Assembly: GCA_004764695.1 (NCBI GenBank) | Contig: SMSO01000032.1 | Coordinates: forward strand, 7,658,483-7,722,482 | Length of the DNA: 64,000 nt | Reading direction: 5' to 3' | From: Schizochytrium sp. TIO01 | Taxonomy: Eukaryota > Protista > Bigyra: Labyrinthulomycetes | Shown: positions 57,963 through 64,000 of the stretch, piece by piece | Numbering within the stretch: position 1 is the stretch's first letter | Layout of the letters: every line of letters starts with the position of its first letter | The notes under the pieces: generated by a model | The model's database searches: none | What the model was told of the DNA's origin: nothing | Seen by the model: only the letters and a program-made list of their open reading frames with translations | Translations under genes and position numbers: made by a program

Positions 57963-59867
57963 TGTGAGATCGACCACTCTTTTTTCCAATAGAGAGGGTT
58001 TGGGCTCTGTCCAACTTTGGAAATAACTGAAGGCAGTACGTGGGAAATACGCTCAGCCTCCCCTGGTGTTAGTTAGTCTTGGAGAAAATGCAAGGTTTTC
58101 ACAACCTAGGTGCATATCCACCTTGCAAGGACGAATACAACTGTTTTTTATATTAAAAGTTCTGGCCTCCTTAGAATAAATGATGCACCTAGTAAGTCCT
58201 ACCCGTTTACTACCTCATATTGTTATATCTGTCAATAAGATTGTATTTCACCAAAGTAATTGAGTGCCGCCCAGCTTCTGATGACTCCATCTTCTCCTTG
58301 GATTTCTGGGGCAGCCGAATGTCATTCTGCTTCAATGTGAACTACAGCAAGTTACGATCTCCTTTTCGTGTCTTCGCTCGATGTTGTGGTGATAATCACA
58401 TTACTGCACTTGAACACTCTCATTAGTCAGAAGTAACTCCTGCTGTCACTCTTTCTTCTGCAAGTTGAGTAAAATCTCAAGGCAAAGCAATGATTCTAGC
58501 TAGAGCAAAATCGACTTTAAATGATTTTCCAATAACAAATACATTTGCTTCGGATGGTCTTGAATTGTCTTTTGCAAATTATTTTTTCTGAAGGTGAATA
58601 ACTATGAAAATTTTACAATTACCTCCTTTGCAAATGAATCATATCCCTGTAAACCAATTGCAAGATCGTTCGTCCTTCAAAACGCTATGAAAGATGCTGT
58701 TTTCCTCACTACCACATTTACTATATAAGAGGTATTAATGTTAGGAATGGCATGGATGCTCCAGCATCCATTCTGCCACGTCAGCTCCTGTTTCTATAGA
58801 ATTATGCTATGAGGCACTAGGCGGCTCTGGCTATTGCGTTTTTCTAATTATGAATGTTGATTTATTGTTGCTAACTGCTTCTCGATGCTCAATGTTGCTA
58901 TTAAGCAAGTGACTAGGAAGGTAGGTTCTAACTATGAAGTTTGATAAGACGAAAAATAGATAATCTGAGAAACCTAAGTCAACGTCAACTCTATTCACTT
59001 AATGTCAGGAACAACATCAAGCTGGCAGGTCAATGCGAATGTTCGCAACTTCGCAGGCTCCTAATCTTCCAGTGTTTATCCCTTCAGATTCTTTATGCTT
59101 TGCATGAATCACGACACTCAATTTTCAGAGTTTCGTGCGGTTGCAGGTACGTGCTATATTTCATTAAAGTTTATTTATTTATGTATGGGAAATTATTCTA
59201 CCTAGGTACTTCTAATTGCTGTTACGTCCTCCTCAAAGTTGAAGTTCACGCTTTCGTTTCTGTATCGAGACGATAAACAAGCTATCTAATATCATCTTGC
59301 CTAGACGAAAAGCGCATGTTCTGGTCACTCCAGGTAGTGATGAGGATTTCTTCAATTTTGTGCGCATTATGAATATTCATTTGCACATTCAGGATGACGT
59401 GTCTGCTTCTTATACAAAAGCCTGTTTTTTCAATTTTAAAAGAAAAGAAAAGAAAACAATTATTAATTTTGAATAGTTAAAACTAATATAGAGTACGTAT
59501 GTACAAAGTAAGTAGTATACATATAGGCTATCAAAACTTGGATGTGTGATAATGAGAAGGAAGACAGAAGTTGTAGAAAGAAGGATAATAAGAAAGAAGG
59601 CCTCTTGCGCGCATTGCTCGGTCGCACAGGAGCAGGTCTCGCGAAGGCAGAGTGGCCTTGGGTGGACCCTTCTTCAGCTAGGACCCTCACTGGATTAAAG
59701 TGAGGAGCCGAGTTGCCTACTTGTTTGCCTGGCCGCGGTCTTAAAGGCAAGCTATCTGTTGCCGTCAGTATACCGGTCGCAAGTAGCCAGCTTTGCTGCC
59801 AAAGCTAAAGTAATAGAGATCGATAGAGATTTTATACAGCAAAAACAGATCGACTCAAGGCGAGGCG

Positions 59868-59891
59868 AGGCGAGGCGAGGCGAGGCGAGGC
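59868..59891. repeat. (GGCGA)n short repeat
   Basis: Read directly. Confidence 0.8.
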
Positions 59892-60191
59892 AAGAGAATC
59901 GCCGCCTACTAGTACTGTTGGTGCTGCTTCCCGCTGTCTTCGCTTACTTGGTAGCCTTTATTTCGTCTTGAGAGGGACGAAGGAGAGGCAACGCCACTTG
60001 GATATTTGGACATCCAAGTTGCTATAGAGGAGCGAAGAGAAGAGAATATCAGCTGCAAGCTCAGCTGTATTCTCAATCACAATTGCATAAACCTATTGCA
60101 TCTGCTCGAGGCTCGTAATTGCTCTACTTGGATTGTTCTGATACCCTTTTCTTTGCCTAGATAGTAGCAAGTAGGTAATCAAGCAAGCATC

Positions 60192-63044
60192 ATGGAGCGC
60201 AACTGCACTTTGCTGATCCACATGGATAAGGGCTTGCCCCCCACTGCACAAGAGATTCAAGAAGATCTTGAGAGCGGTAAACCGGCTCAGCAGGTCCGAG
60301 GACTTAAAACGCTCATCCTGCTGCTGCTCAATGGCGAGACCCTTCCGAAGCTTCTCATGACCGTGATTCGATACTGCGTCCCGTCACATGACCACGAGGT
60401 AAAGAAGCTTTGCTCGTTGTACTGGGAGTGTGTAGAGAAGTATGGTGACGACGGCAAGCTTCGCGAGGAGATTATTCTCATGTGCAATGCTCTACTCATT
60501 AACCTCAAACATCCGAACGAGTACATTCGTGGCTATACTCTACGCTTTCTCTGCCGCGTTAAAGAGGCCGACATTGTAGAGCCCCTAGTAGCTGCTGTGA
60601 AGGAAAACCTCGAACACCGTCATGCTTACGTCCGTAAGTACGCTGTCATGGCTGTGTACACAATTCATAAGAACTTTGGCGATGACCTTATGCCAGATGC
60701 TGATGATCTTATCGAAGCTTTTCTCAAGAGCGAGGCTGATGCCTCTGCACGCCGAAACGCTTTCTTGATGTTGTATCAGTGCTCCCCCGAAAAGGCCATT
60801 GACTATTTTGTCGAAAACGTCGAGAATGTGCAAAAGTATGGTGATGGATTTCAGTTAGTTATTCTTGAATTGACTCGCAAGGTCTGTCGTACCAACCCTG
60901 CACAGAAATCCCGCTTTATCAAAGTTATCTTTCAGCTTTTGCAGTCACAGTCATCTGCGGTTTGCTACGAAGCCGCCTGGACCTTGGTGTCTCTTTCATC
61001 GGCGCCTACCGCAGTTCGTGCAGCGGCAGAGACTTACACCATGCTTCTCAATGCTGAGAGTGACAACAACGTCAAGCTGATTGTGCTAGAGAAGCTCATG
61101 GACATGCGCCAATACCATGCCAAAATCCTTCAGGGTCTTCTTATGGACATTATGCGGGCCTTGGCCAGCCCTAACGCTGACATTCGCCGTAAGACTCTCG
61201 CCATTAGCATGGAGCTTGTTTCACCGCGTAACATTAACGAGGTTGTTCTTGTCCTCAAAAAGGAGATCGTTAAAACACAGAGCAAGGACATGGACCGTGA
61301 GTCTGCTGCCGAGTATCGGCAGATGCTGGTGAAGGCTATTCACCAGTGCGCTATTCGATTTGCCAACGTTGCCAGCTCCGTCGTCCACCTGCTCCTTGAC
61401 TTTCTTAGTAGTGAGGGTGCTATTGATGTCATTCTTTTTGTGCGCGAAATTGTGGCCGTTTACAAAGATATGCGCGCTTCCGTAGTAAGCAAGCTCATCG
61501 ATGCGCTTTCCGAAATCAAGGCTGCTCAAGTGTACCGCGTTGCATTGTGGATTCTTGGTGAGTATGCTGATACCCCTGACCTCCGCAAGGAAGCTATGGA
61601 GTCTATTTACTCTTGTTTCGGTGAACTTCCTTTTGTGGGTGCCGACGCTCGCAAGCGCGCTGAGGAGGACGGCGACGATGAGGACGAATCGAGCAAGCCT
61701 GTTGCACAGGTCCTTGCCAAAACACAGACAAAGGTAACAGTTCTTGCTGATGGAACCTACGCAACTCAAACAGCCCTGACTTCTGCCGCCGATGAGGAAA
61801 CTTTGGGTGCCGATGGCATTCCCACTCTTCGTAAGCTCATGTTGAAGGGCAACTACTTGCTTGGTGCTGCTGCAGCGGTAGCACTCATGAAGATGGTGCT
61901 CCGCATGCGCCGTGAGCGTGGCGCAGATGATGCCCAGGTGAAGAAGGCAACCACAAAGCTTCTTCTCACTTGTTGCTCCATGATCCAGGCCGGCAAGGTT
62001 GCTAAGGGTGCTATGCGCCTTGATAAGGACTCACACGAGCGCATCTCTTTCATCATTCGCACCCTCCTGGACCCAACCGTACTTGATGAGGTGGAAACTG
62101 CCATCCTCGAAGACTGTCGTCGTGTCTTCACAGATGTTATTGAGCGGGACCGCAAGCTCATCAGGGAGCGTGAGGCAGATGCTGCTGCCGGAGTATCTAC
62201 TCAACCGGATGATCTCATTTCATTTCGGCAGCTTAAGGCTCGCCGTGCTCTTGGCACTACAGAGTTTGATCTCGACGACGAGGCATCCCTTTCCAAAGCT
62301 GCAGGCGCAAATGATGGATCCGATTTTGCCGAGCAGCTCGCTCATGTACACCAGCTTACGGGATTCTCTGACCCTGTTTATGCAGAGACACAAGTCACCG
62401 TGCATGACTACGACATTGTCCTCGACATTCTTGTTATCAATCGCACACCGAACACCTTGTCCAACCTGACCGTGGAACTTTCCACCGTGGGTGACCTCCG
62501 CCTCGTGGAGAGGCCGCAGAGCTACAACATTGGACCCAACGCCTTCCGCCGCTTCAAGGCGAACATCAAGGTCTCCAGTACTGAGACTGGACAGATCTTT
62601 GGTAACATTGTGTATGATTCCTCGACTTCCTCAGCACACACTGTGATTAATCTCAATGAGATTCCTATTGAGATCATGGACTATATCAAGCCTGCGACCT
62701 GCTCTGATGCAGCCTTCCGTGCTATGTGGGCTGAGTTCGAGTGGGAGAACAAGGTTGCTGTGAACACTCTCATTACTGATGTGGATGAGTACCTCGACCA
62801 CATTATCGCTTCCACAAACATGAAATGTTTAAGTCGTGGTTCGACTAAGGGTAATGGTCCATGCAACTTCCTTGCTGCTAATCTGTATGCACGCTCTGTC
62901 TTTGGCGAGGATGCTCTTGTCAATGTCAGTGTCGAGGCTGTGGGCGGCACGGTTACCGGCTTCTGTCGCATTCGTGCCAAGGCTCAGGGCATTGCCCTTT
63001 CTCTTGGTGATCGTGTCACCTTTATGCAAAAGACCAACAAGTAG
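60192..63044 (+). CDS. COPB1: Coatomer subunit beta (beta-COP)
   Basis: CTLLI, HPNEYIRG, LEHRHAYVR, VLADGTYATQ, QLTGFSDPVYAE, IKVSSTETG, FRAMWAEFEWENKV and ARSVFGEDALVNVS. Confidence 0.98.
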   Translation: MERNCTLLIHMDKGLPPTAQEIQEDLESGKPAQQVRGLKTLILLLLNGETLPKLLMTVIRYCVPSHDHEVKKLCSLYWECVEKYGDDGKLREEIILMCNALLINLKHPNEYIRGYTLRFLCRVKEADIVEPLVAAVKENLEHRHAYVRKYAVMAVYTIHKNFGDDLMPDADDLIEAFLKSEADASARRNAFLMLYQCSPEKAIDYFVENVENVQKYGDGFQLVILELTRKVCRTNPAQKSRFIKVIFQLLQSQSSAVCYEAAWTLVSLSSAPTAVRAAAETYTMLLNAESDNNVKLIVLEKLMDMRQYHAKILQGLLMDIMRALASPNADIRRKTLAISMELVSPRNINEVVLVLKKEIVKTQSKDMDRESAAEYRQMLVKAIHQCAIRFANVASSVVHLLLDFLSSEGAIDVILFVREIVAVYKDMRASVVSKLIDALSEIKAAQVYRVALWILGEYADTPDLRKEAMESIYSCFGELPFVGADARKRAEEDGDDEDESSKPVAQVLAKTQTKVTVLADGTYATQTALTSAADEETLGADGIPTLRKLMLKGNYLLGAAAAVALMKMVLRMRRERGADDAQVKKATTKLLLTCCSMIQAGKVAKGAMRLDKDSHERISFIIRTLLDPTVLDEVETAILEDCRRVFTDVIERDRKLIREREADAAAGVSTQPDDLISFRQLKARRALGTTEFDLDDEASLSKAAGANDGSDFAEQLAHVHQLTGFSDPVYAETQVTVHDYDIVLDILVINRTPNTLSNLTVELSTVGDLRLVERPQSYNIGPNAFRRFKANIKVSSTETGQIFGNIVYDSSTSSAHTVINLNEIPIEIMDYIKPATCSDAAFRAMWAEFEWENKVAVNTLITDVDEYLDHIIASTNMKCLSRGSTKGNGPCNFLAANLYARSVFGEDALVNVSVEAVGGTVTGFCRIRAKAQGIALSLGDRVTFMQKTNK

Positions 63045-64000
63045 AGGAACCTTCCTACATTGTCAACAGCAGCACTACCATTCCCATTAAGACAACAATA
63101 ATAAAACCTTATAATCAACTCTCAAACCAGAAACTTTATTTCAACTTCACTTGCGGATTTGGACACGTTCTGCGCAAAAACAGCGCTCTGATTCCACGCT
63201 TTTGAAAAAGGTGCACATACGATTTTGCAGATATACCTTTAGTGCATCTGAACCCGGCGTGTTTTAAAGATTTGAGTGATACACGTTAGCTTTGAAATTA
63301 ATTAAAGGCTATCCAGTTCTCAGAAAATATTGCGTTTGGCTATTTAACACAAAACCAACAATTTAAGGAATTTTGCACTTTACAAATTTATAAATTCTGG
63401 TGTTGCATTCAATAGCCAGTTGGCCGCCTAACAATTTTTCATTAAGCATCTCTTCGCCCCCAAACATATGTATATATGTATATATACATATATACATATG
63501 TACATAGTTAGCTCGGTGAAATGTAGCCTTCAAAACACACGCAATCACTTGATGGCAAAAATCTGCTCAACCGGACATCCATATATCACTTCTCCTACCT
63601 AGCACCGAGCACTGCATCTTGGTCCTCGAAGTGCTATGCTTTGACTTTTTTCTATATTTATGTGAGTAGAAGGATTGCTAGTAGGAATAGTCCTTGATCA
63701 GTTAAGGTATGCGTGAACGACCTCTGACAGTATTACACAAATTGTCGCGGCTAATAGGATATGAATTACAATGCTGGGAACTTAACCGAATACATTATTT
63801 CGCCCTGACTGCCACCGTATAAAATAGTTTGTGACACATCTTGTAGGATTTATACTCAGTGAGCCAAGGGCTCGAATAGCCTCGAATGCAGATTTAATGC
63901 TATGAAAACAACTATTATCTAACTGCCACACTTATCGGTAAGGGACGAAATGGAAAAGTTTATGTAGAGGCCGATATAGGTACATATTTAATTTTTTAAT

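Noticed and set aside
58330-58580. Possible decayed coiled-coil ORF on the minus strand
   Set aside because: About 4 stops in 80 codons is no better than random.
58752-58771. Perfect 9-bp inverted repeat ATGGATGCT-CC-AGCATCCAT
   Set aside because: Short and isolated, with no second copy or target duplication to support a MITE or structured RNA.

Overview
Eukaryotic, intron-poor, microsatellite-rich nuclear DNA. The gene style suggests a thraustochytrid or other stramenopile; this is an inference, not a database match. Twelve protein-coding genes are supportable: a COG0523/CobW-type GTPase with a His-Asp tract, an NPEPL1-type M17 aminopeptidase, a stand-alone BioD-like (AAA_26) P-loop protein, cyclin B, an SLC37/GlpT-family MFS transporter, a BTB-BACK-WD40 protein, a putative two-domain glycosyltransferase, a GH59 galactocerebrosidase, CDKAL1, a NOL9/Grc3 kinase, a Sep15/SELENOF-like protein and coatomer beta. 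Spacers hold long SSRs, decayed reading frames and a ~14.8 kb stretch with no intact gene (29.3-44.0 kb). The most notable observations are: (1) about 18 CHR-like TTYRAA hexamers in five clusters, plus MSA/Myb-like AACGG cores, upstream of cyclin B; (2) a Sep15 homologue whose CxU redox motif reads DRF; (3) the NPEPL1 ATG is out of frame across an 8-bp direct repeat; (4) a BTB-BACK protein with WD40 instead of Kelch repeats and a split BTB domain; (5) a 193-codon frame broken only by a TGA in a WCPR-TGA context. I recognised no tRNA, rRNA, CRISPR array or intact transposon.
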